DNA of 56,322 bases from Hydrolagus affinis (lineage: Eukaryota). Location: positions 62,001-118,322 of the forward strand of contig JAAILG010000258.1 in NCBI GenBank assembly GCA_012026655.1. The letters run 5' to 3'. Position 1 is the stretch's first letter. Each line of letters begins with the position of its first letter. A model generated the notes under the pieces. It made no database searches and was not told the origin of the DNA. It worked only from the letters and a program-made list of their open reading frames with translations. Both the position numbers and the translations under genes were made by a program. Positions 1 through 11,735 of this stretch are shown here, one piece after another.

Positions 1-258
1 GAGTGGAGGGGACGAGGGACGTTCTAGGGAGGCAGTGGTGTCTGGCAAGAATTGGGGGTGGTGGGAGTGCAGAATATTCCTGAAAGAAATAACACATAAT
101 GAGCTGATGAGTCTTTGAGTGTTATTTTCATTTGTGTATTTCACTCATGTTCATGAGTCCAGAGTACGTGCATTTACAGGCTATTCACCTGTGAGGTCCC
201 AATCATATCCTTGCCTATCCTCAACAAAAGCACAGTTTTCAGAAAGGATAGATTTTTT

Positions 259-360
259 AAAACAAAAACAGAAATCGCTGTGAACACTCAGCAGGTCAGG
301 CAGCATCTATGGAGAAAGGAAAGTGAGTCAAAGTTTCGGGTCCATGACACTTCGTCAGAA
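259..360 (-). mobile_element. Penelope-like terminal-repeat fragment with a degenerate hammerhead-type core
   Basis: Closely matches 53324-53420. The minus strand reads CTGACGA-AGTGTC-ATG-GACCC-GAAAC. Confidence 0.6.
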
Positions 361-1020
361 TTTAAAAGTTCCTTTGATCAAATATGAACTTACCACTCAG
401 TACGTATTCTGATTGTGGACAGTGGAATCCAGCTCTGTTAACAAAGTCTGATGAGATCAAAACTCCACTGAAGGTCTCTGACACCCTATGTGAAGGAACT
501 TGGATTAATCTTGGTGATGGCACTGGAGGATTTTCATCAAAACATTTGCAAATAATCTATTTTAAATAATCAGAAAAGAAACTCAACTCCTGATTGATGG
601 AATCACATCAGCCAAATAAAGTGCAGGGTTGCCTCGGGATGTCATTCAGTGAAGAAATTGCAACTAGATAAAGGTCTATAAAGTTTTCCGAATAGCTGTC
701 ATTTTCTTTTTTGAATTGATTGGCTTTGGCTACATTGTACATCTCTCTTTCTCTGTTGAAAACATCTAGGGCTCCAAAATGATTAAGCACAGCCTGAAAA
801 CCGTTTGCTCACTTTTGGTGTAATCATTTTGATTCCTGATATTTTTTTTAAAAAGTGTTTCTTGAAAGAACAAGGTATGTTCTTTCATGACATGACAAAG
901 AAACTTTCTGGATAAATCCAACAGAATTAAATTAGAACACCACGGCTTGTGTTTTATAGCAATCAGAGTCATTCAACGGTAGACTAGGATGAGAACACAG
1001 TCAAAGTCCTTCCTCTTATA

Positions 1021-1085
1021 ACAACAACAACAACAAAATGACACGTATAGCGCCTTTCGCGTCAGGAGGACATCCCAAGACCCAT
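1021..1085 (-). mobile_element. L2 LINE 3' end
   Basis: (CAA)n followed by tatagcgcctttcgcgtcaggaggacatcccaag, the reverse complement of the L2 terminus at 22740-22805. Confidence 0.8.
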
Positions 1086-1117
1086 ATAACCTCGATATAC
1101 TGAGGCAAACATCAGTA

Positions 1118-1250
1118 TCTCTCCAGATTCCCCAGCTGAGATTTGCCAACTCAGCACAGACTGCAAATTGAATATTGCTCCTTCTATCGAGCTCAATATA
1201 GCTATTTCACTCATCAGTAGCTTTACTATTTTAGCCATCAAGTGAGCTAC
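1118..1250 (-). mobile_element. Old tRNA-derived SINE fragment (AmnSINE2-like, tentative)
   Basis: cccagctgagatttgccaactcagcacagact is shared with 30485-30530. Confidence 0.45.
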
Positions 1251-3148
1251 CTTTAAAGAACTTCATGTTTAGTGTTTTACTCTGGTGCAAACAACAAAAT
1301 GATCTACCAAGCGGAAGTCTTGTGAATGCAGTGAGAAAATAACTTGGTCTTCCTTTATGTAAAAAAAACTATTGCTGAAATGATAGATGCAAAACATTCC
1401 TATGATTTTCCCAGTGAATGATGTCTCTCTCTTACTTTGCATGTGGTATGTCAGGTTCAACTTTCATTCAAAGAACGATAGTTGCTACACTGCTGGGACA
1501 GTAAACTTCTACTCTGTAACAACACCCGAGAGGCAACCAAGAATTGATAGCCTTCTTCCTGGAATATTTATCAAAGTCAACGTTTTTAACATAAGTAAAC
1601 TAAGTAACAGATATTAACTAAAATACCGATGAATTAGTAATGCAGTCACAGGTGCTCACATGGATGGGACTATCATCTATTGCATCTTTTCTGAACATTA
1701 ACATATTAAACCCAATTTATCTTTAATGCCTAATACTGATTATCAATCAAAATAGATTAGGAATAACTATATATAAAAATATTATCAGAGTGAGTATCTT
1801 TTCCTTCCGACTCCCACCAACTATCTGCCTTGGTTGTAAGTCTCAAGGCATTTGGCGTAGAGATTAGATTGGTTCTGGGATCAATTATCTACACAAGTTG
1901 TTCAAGCCAGTAAAAGTGAATTTGTGCCCCTCATGAATTGAGAACAGAATATTCTAATAGCTTGCTAATTATATTGAAATGAGTTGTACTCCAGAATGCC
2001 ACATGCCCTACGGATACTTTTACAAAATTACAGCCATGGTTCTGCTGAACTCACTCCGCATTAGCACTGGCTCGGTGATGGAGCTCTTGGTGGTTGCTTG
2101 TTTGCCTGGCTAGCTCACTCGCAAGCTATCTTAATTATTCCAGCGATCTTTGTTTTCCAAATGCATGGTTACAATACAGCAGAGTTTGTTTTCCAACTTG
2201 ATTGAAATAACAGATTGAAATTCTGAAGCATTTCAGAATTCAGTGGACTGAAATATTGATCCACATGGGGGATGTGGAATTAGTTTGGGTGTTCAAAGAG
2301 ACTGCTTTCCATTTACCAGATCATGTACGGTTCACAGATTCTATTTTTGAGCTGACAGCAAAAGAAGTTGGAAATAATTGAGGTTTTGTTTAACCACATG
2401 TAATACAAGGGTAATTCATTTAAGCTCTGATTCTATTTATCTGAGAGGTGCTTCTCTGTAAACATTTAGATAAATCTGATGAAAATCACACCACATTTTT
2501 CATTTTCAATGTCTTACCTTATTCACAGTTATTTATTTATTTTTATTTATTTAGGGAATGCCGAACACAGTGCTAGTGAAAATTGGCTGCCAAATTTCCT
2601 GACATTATTCTCCATTAGATGCTAATTTCTTATTTAAAAGTTTATTTTGGTTTACGTGACATCTTCTTTGTGACCTTTCACATCCACATGAATATTAAAT
2701 GAATCCCTGCTTCCCTTGCCTCCTTCAAGGCCCGGCTCAAGACATTCCTCTTCTGTAGGCTGCCCACTGGCTTGAAAGACCATATGTTTCTAGGTAATTC
2801 CCAGATGTCATACAACCAGTAGAGCAAGCTGGTGAGAATTTACCACGTTTGGAGCTGTTGGCCAGTTCAGGTAGAGGAGGAGAGTCACATGGGAGGCAAG
2901 GGTGGGAGAGAATTGCAGGTTATCACTTAGCTCCCTGCTGTTTGATTGAACACAGTCTCTTGTTGAACATGTGCACATGGTGCCACACCCCCCATCCAAC
3001 CAGCAGCTGGAAGATTAGGTGACTAGGTGATGATCCAGGGGGATCTCTAGAGCAGATGTTCCAGGATAGTGATACAACGCATTTTGATCCTTGGGACACA
3101 ATCACCATGGATTTACAATATATTCAGTATAAATAAATATATCAAGTA

Positions 3149-3311
3149 CAGTCCTTACAAGCGAGAGACTTGGGTTCAATTCCAGGCAGGACGAAACCTT
3201 GGGCAAGTTTCCTTACTCCACGTGCCTAACAATAATCTCTCAAAAAGCCACTTTGAGGGGCCTCAAAGATGTAATGTGGCACTATATCAAATGCAAGGGC
3301 TATTATTATTT
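3149..3311 (+). mobile_element. tRNA-SINE, short and internally deleted variant
   Basis: B-box-like gggttcaattcc, then ccttgggcaagtttccttactccac, and tail ctatatcaaatgcaagggctattattatt. Confidence 0.85.
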
Positions 3312-3980
3312 ATTTCCACTTTCCATCCCCAATGAAGATTTCATGGCCACATGAGAACACATTGCACCATATGGGACCATTCTCTTATCTCCTTCCAAAC
3401 ATCTCTTGCCTGGCGGGTTTGGAATATGGCCACTGGGCACTGATGTGCAATCTGGGACTTCTAAGCAGAGCATCTCCAAGGCATCTGTGTCACCCCCTGA
3501 CTTGTCCTTGTGCTCATACTTGTAGGCAGTTAGGTTAAGGAACAATCACAAAGATGAATTACACTTGGATCAGAGGAGACACCGAACATAGTGCAGTTTT
3601 AGGGCTGTATGTATTTAAGCTTCATTCTACATTTAGTTTATTTGTAAGCAAAAATGATTTGTTATCATTGATGTGTTTTAAAAATATAATTTTACATTGT
3701 ATATTAAATATGATTTTTTTAAATAAAGTAAAATGCTATATTTTCATTAATGAAATTACAGTATTATATAGTATTAAACATGGTTCTCCATTCCTTTTGG
3801 TTGTAAATTAGAAAACAAATACACAATGTATCTCCACCAATAAAGGTAATACCATAGTTCCCCCTCTACCCTTGTCTCTGGCCCACAGTATCTTTTCATG
3901 GCCAGTTTGCCATGGACCTTGTCTCTCTCCAATTTCCCCAAACTATTATGTCTGAATTATGTTAGGCAGCTTGGTTTGGA

Positions 3981-4340
3981 GTCCTGCAGCATATTGGTTG
4001 GAGCAGTGCCTCATCTGTTGGGGGACATGGGTTTGATTTCCATGCAGGGATAGTCAAGTTTCCTTACTCCGTACGTCTCTGTTTACCTAAAGGTAAGTTA
4101 GAACCCAGTTCGCGGTCAATTTGCGGGTCAGTTTCCAGGTGTGATAATCACTTTGAAAAAAAATTAGAATTTGGTCACTCACTACGTCTGTTTGTGGGAC
4201 ACTGCTGGAATGTTGGCTGCAATGTTTTGCCCACAAAATACAGTCAATTCACTTTACAGTATTCTCTGTGAAGCGTTTTGAAATGTCACATCGATGTGAT
4301 AAGGCGCTATCTCAAATGCAAAGATTATTATTAATTATTA
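3981..4340 (+). mobile_element. tRNA-SINE, full-length long variant
   Basis: tRNA-like head, central ctctgtttaccta block, tgtgggacactgctg body and (ATT)n tail. Confidence 0.9.
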
Positions 4341-5611
4341 TTTAGCTGTGCCTGTTGAGCACCCATCTTCCTCTTCACCAGAGGCCGTATCTTTGTCTAT
4401 GCGGGGAGAGCTCAACATTCTTCCACATTGTGTGGACAATGAAAGTTTTTCGCCTTTTCTACATTGTGCAATAATCAGAAGTCTAACAACAATCTTCACA
4501 CTTTGTTGGATTGGTACTGTAAAGACAGCACTGTTCAAAAACTCTGAAAATGTGCTCTTGATGGTTTTACAGCTGCAGGGTATTGCAAAGAACTCTGTGC
4601 CCTCTTAGATTATTTATTATATGAAAAGGGCTAGATAAATGAACGTTTTTTTTCATTCTCATTCAGTGTTTTGTTCCATGCAGTAATTTATTAGTATCAT
4701 GTATCTGTTATAGAATCAGAAATTTTAGCACAGAGGGAGATCGTTCATCCCATTGTGCTGGTACGTGCTTATGCTATTAAGCGACACTGTCTAATGGAAT
4801 TGCACTTTAATGAACTCTGTATTAAGTACAGCATTATGTGGAAGAATTATTGCTTTGAAAATTAAGCAAATAACCATAAGAGTTCAGTTCAGAGATGTTG
4901 GAAGATAAAGCTTAGAGGATAGTGCAGTAGATGACTCACTGTAAGGTTCCACTCTGTGTCGTGCATAGATCTGTTGCAATGAATCTTCCTCCAATTTAGT
5001 TTCCATCCTATTTTTGTGGTTGGATTAAATGTCTGTGTGCCACCGAGGTTGAGATTTCATTATGCCAATGGTTGGGCTTGGACCTGCTTGGTACCACTTC
5101 GTATTGTTATAAACTGAACCTTTACTGCATTTCCGCACACTGCAGAATATTTTCTAGTTCACAGTCCAATCAAAGTGAATAATAAAATGCTGTATATATT
5201 ATTTCAATATTGGAAAGTCCAGAAATGCTGCTAACAATTGATATTCACATAAGAACTCAGGAATAAATAAATGTTTTGTGTTTTCTTATATAAAGACCTG
5301 CAATTTTCAGCCCCTGTGCCAATAAATACCACAGAGAGCAAGCATGAATAATAAGACCTTTATGAAATATGACATTTCCTGTACTACAACGTGAGGCAAA
5401 TCAATCAATGTTGAAATGTACTGTCAAAGATTATTTTTTGCACATAGTGCCCCCTGTGGCAAGCGATGCTAACATCAGGTTAAAGCGCCTGAGAATCGGA
5501 TACTTGAGATGGCAGTTCAGTAATGGTCTCTTAGTGTTGTATTTCACGTCTGTCATATTAAAATGTGTCTTTTTGCCCCATAGTTTGTATATATCAGTAG
5601 AATCCTACTGC

Positions 5612-5916
5612 TAGCGAGAGACCTGGGTTCAATTCCCGGCAGGCAAATGTCCGGAAAGTTTCCTTACTCCACATGCCTCTGTTTACCTAGCAGTAAGTAG
5701 GAACCTGGTTGTCAGTTGATTGGTGGGTCGCTTTTTCGTGGATAATAACTCCTTAAAAAAATGATAATCACTCAATCCACTGCTTTTTGGGGGACATTGT
5801 TGCGTACAATTGGCTCCCGCGTTTGGCCTACAAATATACAGTCGATTGACTTTACAGTATGTTTTGTAAAGCACTTTGAGGCATCAAGAAGATATGAAAA
5901 GCGCTATATCAAATGC
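5612..5916 (+). mobile_element. tRNA-SINE, long variant
   Basis: gcgagagacctgggttcaattcccggc...ctgtttacctagcagtaagtagg...gcgctatatcaaatgc. Confidence 0.9.
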
Positions 5917-6483
5917 GTGGAATTTAAACAAAAGACTATTGGACCGATTTATTTAACAGAGTCAACCATCTTTGCAGTATGTCCTGTGAAATACTTGTGA
6001 CGTTGACTCTTTATCAAATGCAAGGATGATTATAATTATGTGCTCTATGTAAATACATGCAGAAACACATGCAGTTTGGTTTGGGGATAAGATCTCAAGA
6101 ACTTCCAAAGGACAAAATCCATTGGGGCTTAAACTGAGCCATTCTTTCTCAATGCCCGTGTGAGAGATGACACTCTTTATTCTTGTGAAAAGTAGTGCCA
6201 GGGGCTGATTTTCACAGATTATATATTATTCCCATTTTGTACATCACTGTCTCTGACATGAATTATGGTTTAGCTGCTGATTTGTTAATTTGTTTTGGCA
6301 GCAGTCTCTTCAATTCAGCTTAACTTGTTGACAGTTTGAATTTGGTAACTGGCCTGAAATTGCAGTAGCTGAATAACGTATTATGTTTACATTGTTAATC
6401 GAGTAACCTAATTGGCTGAAGATAAGGTAACAGCATAAAATCCAATGATAAATCACAACTTGACAGACTGTTCGACCACAGGG

Positions 6484-6622
6484 TATCACAGCAAAACTCA
6501 ATTCCATCCTCTCCCAACACCTTCCAGCAGATGGATAGTGATCTGAAACAGGAATCTGACTTGATTTCTTCTCTACCTAACCCTAGATACTCAAGGCTAG
6601 TTGTAACACCCTTCCTGCTGTC
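6484..6622 (-). mobile_element. Old SINE fragment (AmnSINE2-like, tentative)
   Basis: atcacagc...caattccatcct...aggctagttgtaacacc parallels 53645-53790. Confidence 0.45.
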
Positions 6623-6962
6623 CTGGATGAGTTCATGAAATTCATCTTGTACTGCGGATTAAACAATATATCACATTGTATATAAATGACATGGATACAT
6701 GAAGAAGGGGTAAATATCGAAGATTTTACATTGAGATAGGAACTATGCCACCAGCTTGAATAAACAGATAATGTTGAGAGAGGGTGTGGGGTAGTATATC
6801 TAAAGATCCAAAAGAGTTGACTGAATTGGAGTTTTGATGACAATTTGTATAGATAGAACTTGATTTAGTACTTTGAAACATGATTTTGTTTGATTCTCAT
6901 TAGGATGATGTATGTGGGAAAAAAAACTCTAGAAGGCGAAATCTTTTGGGAGAATTATTGGA

Positions 6963-7252
6963 AATAATAATAATCCTTGCATTTGATATAGCACCTTATC
7001 ATGTCATTGAGACATCTCAAAGAGCTTCACATGATATACTATAAAATGGATTGAATCTGTATATTGTGGGTGAATGTGGCAACCAATATGCGCACTGCAT
7101 TGTCCCACAAACAGCCATGGAGTAAATGATTATTTTTATTTGGGGGATTGTTGTCCCGGACACCGAGAGAAAGTCCCTTCTCTTTTTGAATAGTGCCATG
7201 GGATCTTTAATATGCACCTGAACAGGCATGTGGGACCTCGGTTTAATGTCTC
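6963..7252 (-). mobile_element. Deu-domain SINE (SacSINE1/AmnSINE1-like), truncated at a microsatellite and gap
   Basis: The minus strand has gagacattaaaccgaggtccc...aaagatcccatggcactattc (Deu-domain hallmark) and the shared (ATT)n tail. Confidence 0.8.
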
Positions 7253-7312
7253 GATCGATCGACCGACCGACCGATCGATCGATCGATCGATCGATCGATC
7301 AATCATTCAATC
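7250..7312. repeat. Compound tetranucleotide microsatellite (GATC)n/(GACC)n/(AATC)n
   Basis: Read directly. Confidence 0.95.
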
Positions 7313-7412
7313 NNNNNNNNNNNNNNNNNNNNNNNNNNNNNNNNNNNNNNNNNNNNNNNNNNNNNNNNNNNNNNNNNNNNNNNNNNNNNNNNNNNNNNNN
7401 NNNNNNNNNNNN
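7313..7412. other. Assembly gap (100 N)
   Basis: Run of exactly 100 N, probably a placeholder of unknown true size. Confidence 0.99.
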
Positions 7413-8039
7413 TTTCTGGCCATTCATAAAACAAGACTGATAGCAGCCATGGAAGTTGGCTTTCCCAAGTTAACACTTTTTTTTAATGAGAACATTAGGA
7501 GTAATCAACAATATATTTCTTATAATGGATATTGCACTGACCAGCCAAAAAGCCAACAAATTTGTTAATTTTATAGCGGGGTATATCAGTAAGTCATTGA
7601 AATCAGAGGCAAATGATTGAAAAGTCGTGATGTCCCAGGGTACACGTGTGTGGATGTTTTCAGAGACTGCTGCAATGGAACAATATCAAACACTTGCGAA
7701 AAGGACACATCTGTCAGCTGTATACTTCATTCTTGCCATTTTTATGGATCCCTACAAATCCCTGTTGTCTCAAGACCCAAGTGTAATATTCTCCAGTGTC
7801 CCAGTGTCTGACAGTTTTAACATGAGCAGTTGAAGTTTGGTGTATCTGACTCTTCACAACACGTTGAAATTTCTTGCGAATGGACAAAACTCGCAGCAGC
7901 GGCAGGTACAGTTTCTCATTGGAGAGACACACATCCGTCCCTAAGAATTTTTATAGAAGGAAATGTCTGCTTTTAAGTACTATATTTTAGAAATTCAAAG
8001 CACTACCTCTGAACAGCACGTCCCTAGGGAGGGCCTTCA

Positions 8040-8140
8040 GGAGGGATTGTAAGCTTTGTGTGTGGAGCTTGATGAAATGCGCGGTCTGGGATGCTGCCAT
8101 GCATGAGTTGCGCTATATAAATGCCAGTTGTTGTTGTTGT
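8040..8140 (+). mobile_element. L2 3' end
   Basis: gcgctatataaatgccagttgttgttgttgt tail. Confidence 0.65.
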
Positions 8141-8366
8141 GAGCTTTGCATTATATGAAAAGGGGCTAAGCATTTGACAATACTTCGAATCGAAGGCAAT
8201 GCTAGGGGCAGACTCAAGAGTTTGATAAGATACAAGAGCTAAATTGATCATTTACCTTCAGCCAATTGGGTTACGTGGGATAAGTCTGCTGGAAGAATGT
8301 GAACAAGTAAGCTGGAGGATCAGGATGAGCAGAAAGATCCTCACCTATCTTTTAAGTAGCAACCTC

Positions 8367-8715
8367 GAAACAGGAGTAGACCATTCAGCTCCTCTAGTCT
8401 GTTCTGCCATTCTATAAAATAGGACTGTTCTCTACCTCAACTTCAATTATCTGCCCTTGCCCCATATTCCTTGATACCTTTACCTATCAAAATACCTTGA
8501 GGGGGGAAAGAAGGAGAATTCCAGATTTCCACTGCGCTTTGTGTGGAAAAGATACCCCCTGATTTCATTCCTAAATGGCCTAATTTTAAGACTGCCCCCT
8601 TGTTCTGGATTCCCCCAACAGAAGAAATAGTTTCTCTGTAGCTATCATGTCAGATTCCTTTATTATTTTAAAAGCCTCAATTAGATCACCCCTTAACCTT
8701 CTAAACTCAAGGGAA
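8367..8715 (-). mobile_element. CR1 LINE 3' fragment
   Basis: aggagtagaccattcagc...aattccagatttccact...ttagatcaccccttaaccttctaaactc, complementary to the CR1 end at 18750-18975. Confidence 0.75.
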
Positions 8716-10250
8716 GTACAAATTATTTATTCTGTAATTGACTAAAGCCAATGGAAATATAATCTGCAGTTGTGTTGCCAACACATTTTGCATATGAAAG
8801 ATGTACATAATTGAAAGTTTGATGTTTCAATAATAAATATCAGAAAGATGAAAAGGGCAGGATTTGTTTAGATATCAGTGCCCATTGATGTACGTGACTT
8901 CAATACTTCTCTCAAAACATAAAACAAGTAGAGGTACTTACAAAATGGAGAAAAAAAATACTTTTATTTTTGCACATTGTCTTGATGGTTTTTTTCTTAA
9001 TGTAATAGTGATACATTTAACCAGACTACCAAGTAGATGTGACAATTCTCAAGTAAAGGTGCTGGAGTAAGACAATAAGTTTTTTTTTGATAAACTAACA
9101 ATTACAATGATTATTCTTATTTTGTGACTATCGTATGACTATTATATTCTTCCTCTTGTGTTTTCTTGCATTCTTGTGCTTTGTGATCTCATTAATGATC
9201 TAATGATATCTGTCTCCTTCACACAATAGACCATTCTCAATCCTCTACCTTTTATTCGGTTGAGTTCAGATCATCAGAAGTCATGCTGAATTGTGCAATG
9301 CTCTGCTCAGCCAGACCGGGAGTATTACACACACTCCGAGACACCATAACATAGTTGTTTGAGGCCACAGAGAGCAGTAAGGCTAATCCCCAGATCTACG
9401 AGGAACAACCAGAAAAGCTGGGCTCTTTTGCCTTGAAAAGAGACATCTTACAAGGGAACACAATCTGCATAAGAAATTTAACTAAAGTAATATTTCAATT
9501 TTGCCAAGTAAACACGATAATAGGACGGAGTGGAGGGAAGAGTCCTAATTAGACAGGAAATCTAGTTTAATTGGAGACGCATGTAACAGCTTAGATAAAG
9601 TAGCATATTTGATCTTGTGTTTCAGAAGATCCACCCCACTTTCCTATGAGAGCCACAAATATCAAAATGAGTTCAATGTCCCGGTCACCAAACTTTTCTG
9701 AAACGGTTTGCATGTTTTGGAATAAAATGGACCTGTGGATGGTTGACAACTGATTTTATAACAAGCACTTTTTTTAAACAGTGGGAAATGATATCAAGTG
9801 GAACTCTTTGAAGTGGGGCTATTACATGAACTATTGTAGCGAATGACCTAGGAGTATCAATTCTGAATTTCATAAGATATTAATATTTACCACTGGCCAT
9901 GTTTCCTACAAGAATTCTGCCAGGTGTTTTTTTATCCCTAGACATTGGTGTCATCCGACTGAAGAGTGTTTCCGAGAACATTATGGTTCTTGTGATCATT
10001 GGTACATTTCCAAAAATGGCCTATTCTCCCGACAGTGAGCTACCCTGCATGATATTAAGTCTTTTCTGTGAATGGTTTAAGTGCTTGTACCAAAGTTGTG
10101 AATACGTTACTTGGAATCAGTTGTATTGTCTTATACATACTGAAAACTGCATATAAACAAAGCGTCTTTTGAATCAACGTGATTATTAAATGTAATGAGG
10201 AATACCGTTCTTCAGACCAAACGAGGTTGAAAGTGCATCAGAAGTAAAGC

Positions 10251-10365
10251 ATAATAATAATAATCCTTGCATTTGATATAGCGCCTTACCGCGTCATTGT
10301 GACATCTCACAGCACTTCCCAGAATACACTGTAAAGTGAATAGACTATATTTTGTGAGTGAAACA
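10251..10365 (-). mobile_element. tRNA-SINE 3' fragment
   Basis: aataataatccttgcatttgatatagcgcc...ctgtaaagtgaat. Confidence 0.85.
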
Positions 10366-11514
10366 TCAGGATATCTCATCTAGTACTAGGTTTTAGACAG
10401 CGTCTTATCACTTCTTTGAGACAGTGCTGTTAACCTGGGGATTTCTCAATTTCTGAATGTTTGAACGACACTAAAGGAGGCAGTGATGGCTAGCACATGG
10501 TAAGCTGCTGACCAGGTCTGATCTGATGTGTGATCTCTTGCAGGGCAGTGATGGGTTTTTCTTTCAGATTTCCTCCGACACGCATAACAGTGTCAGAGCG
10601 AGGATACACTGAAAGAAATGCTAAAATGAAGTCACTATTCACTTCTGATATTTTTTAATGGAGTCATTCATTGAAAATTGGATGTGTTTGTTATGCAAGA
10701 AGAACAATTTAGCTTGTTACCACCAGAAGGTACTTCATATTCCTTCTAATGAAATTCAGTACTGTTTTGATGCATTAGTAAACTCTCGTTCTGGAAGGGT
10801 TTATCAAGTTCTGACTGATCACAGTGTGGCTTCTTTCAGACATTCTGACTCTCTAATTCCTCTCAGTAACGAGTTTTGTTCCGTGTAATAAAATATTCAT
10901 GCTAAAATGAGTTTTAGACTAATTATCTGTAGCCAACATTCGCCTGTGCAGTAATTTGCTGTTAGCTGGTAAGTTGATGGCTGATTCAGTGCTACAAAAC
11001 AGTCCAATCTGACTCACTGCCTGCATGTAATTTCATATTCTGGATGGTTGACTACACACATCCAGACTTAATTCTCATTACTGAGGAGACAGATTTCTGA
11101 AGAAATGTTACAGTAACAAATGTTTTCGGAAAAAATATAGAGGAAATCCTGTATAATGAGATTTCCAGCCCTTCCAAGTTCCAATGAAAATGCACACTTT
11201 TTAAAAAAAAAATTCAATTATTACGTGAAATTTTATGAATCAGGGGTATAACAGATTGTATCAGTAGTAGGAATTAATTGCAGAAAACTGGGATTAAATT
11301 TTTGACAGAAGTGCTTGCTGATCCACTTATGCTGTTTACAAACAGCTCTATAATGTGCAAGATGCCAATCGAAGACTTTGTAGTTCCATTCTTTTCAGTG
11401 CAGTGGGATAAAATTAATGATATTTGCATTCGATAAGCGTCTTTCATGTCAGGATGACGTCTCAAATAGGATCACGGGATTTAATGTTAAACTTTAATGT
11501 TTCATAAACAGCTG

Positions 11515-11735
11515 ATAATAATAATAATCCTTGCATTTGATATAGAGATTTCACGTCTTCTAGACGTCTCAAAGCGTTCCTCGGAATGTACTGTAAAGTT
11601 AATTCACTTGTCAGTATTTGTGAGTGAAACGCCTATTGTACATAGCAGTGTCCCACAAAAAAAGTCATGGATTGAAAAATTACCTCCAAAATGTTTTTTT
11701 TGAGGGATTATTAACAGATGTGGTGCAAGGAAACA
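11515..11735 (-). mobile_element. tRNA-SINE, short variant, 5'-truncated
   Basis: Tail plus agcagtgtcccacaa body plus gggattatt...tgtggtgcaaggaaac. Confidence 0.85.

Noticed and set aside
100-460. Other CTGATGA motifs (~104, ~448; also ~38874, ~39478, ~44493) as hammerheads
   Set aside because: No stem II followed by GAAA at the right spacing.
608-793. Minus-strand exon after ttttcAG (AVLNHFGALDV...)
   Set aside because: No recognisable protein and no supporting partner exons.
10569-10729. Plus-strand exon between ttttctttcAG and AAG/gtactt
   Set aside because: Stops in all three frames and a weak donor; indistinguishable from a pseudo-exon.
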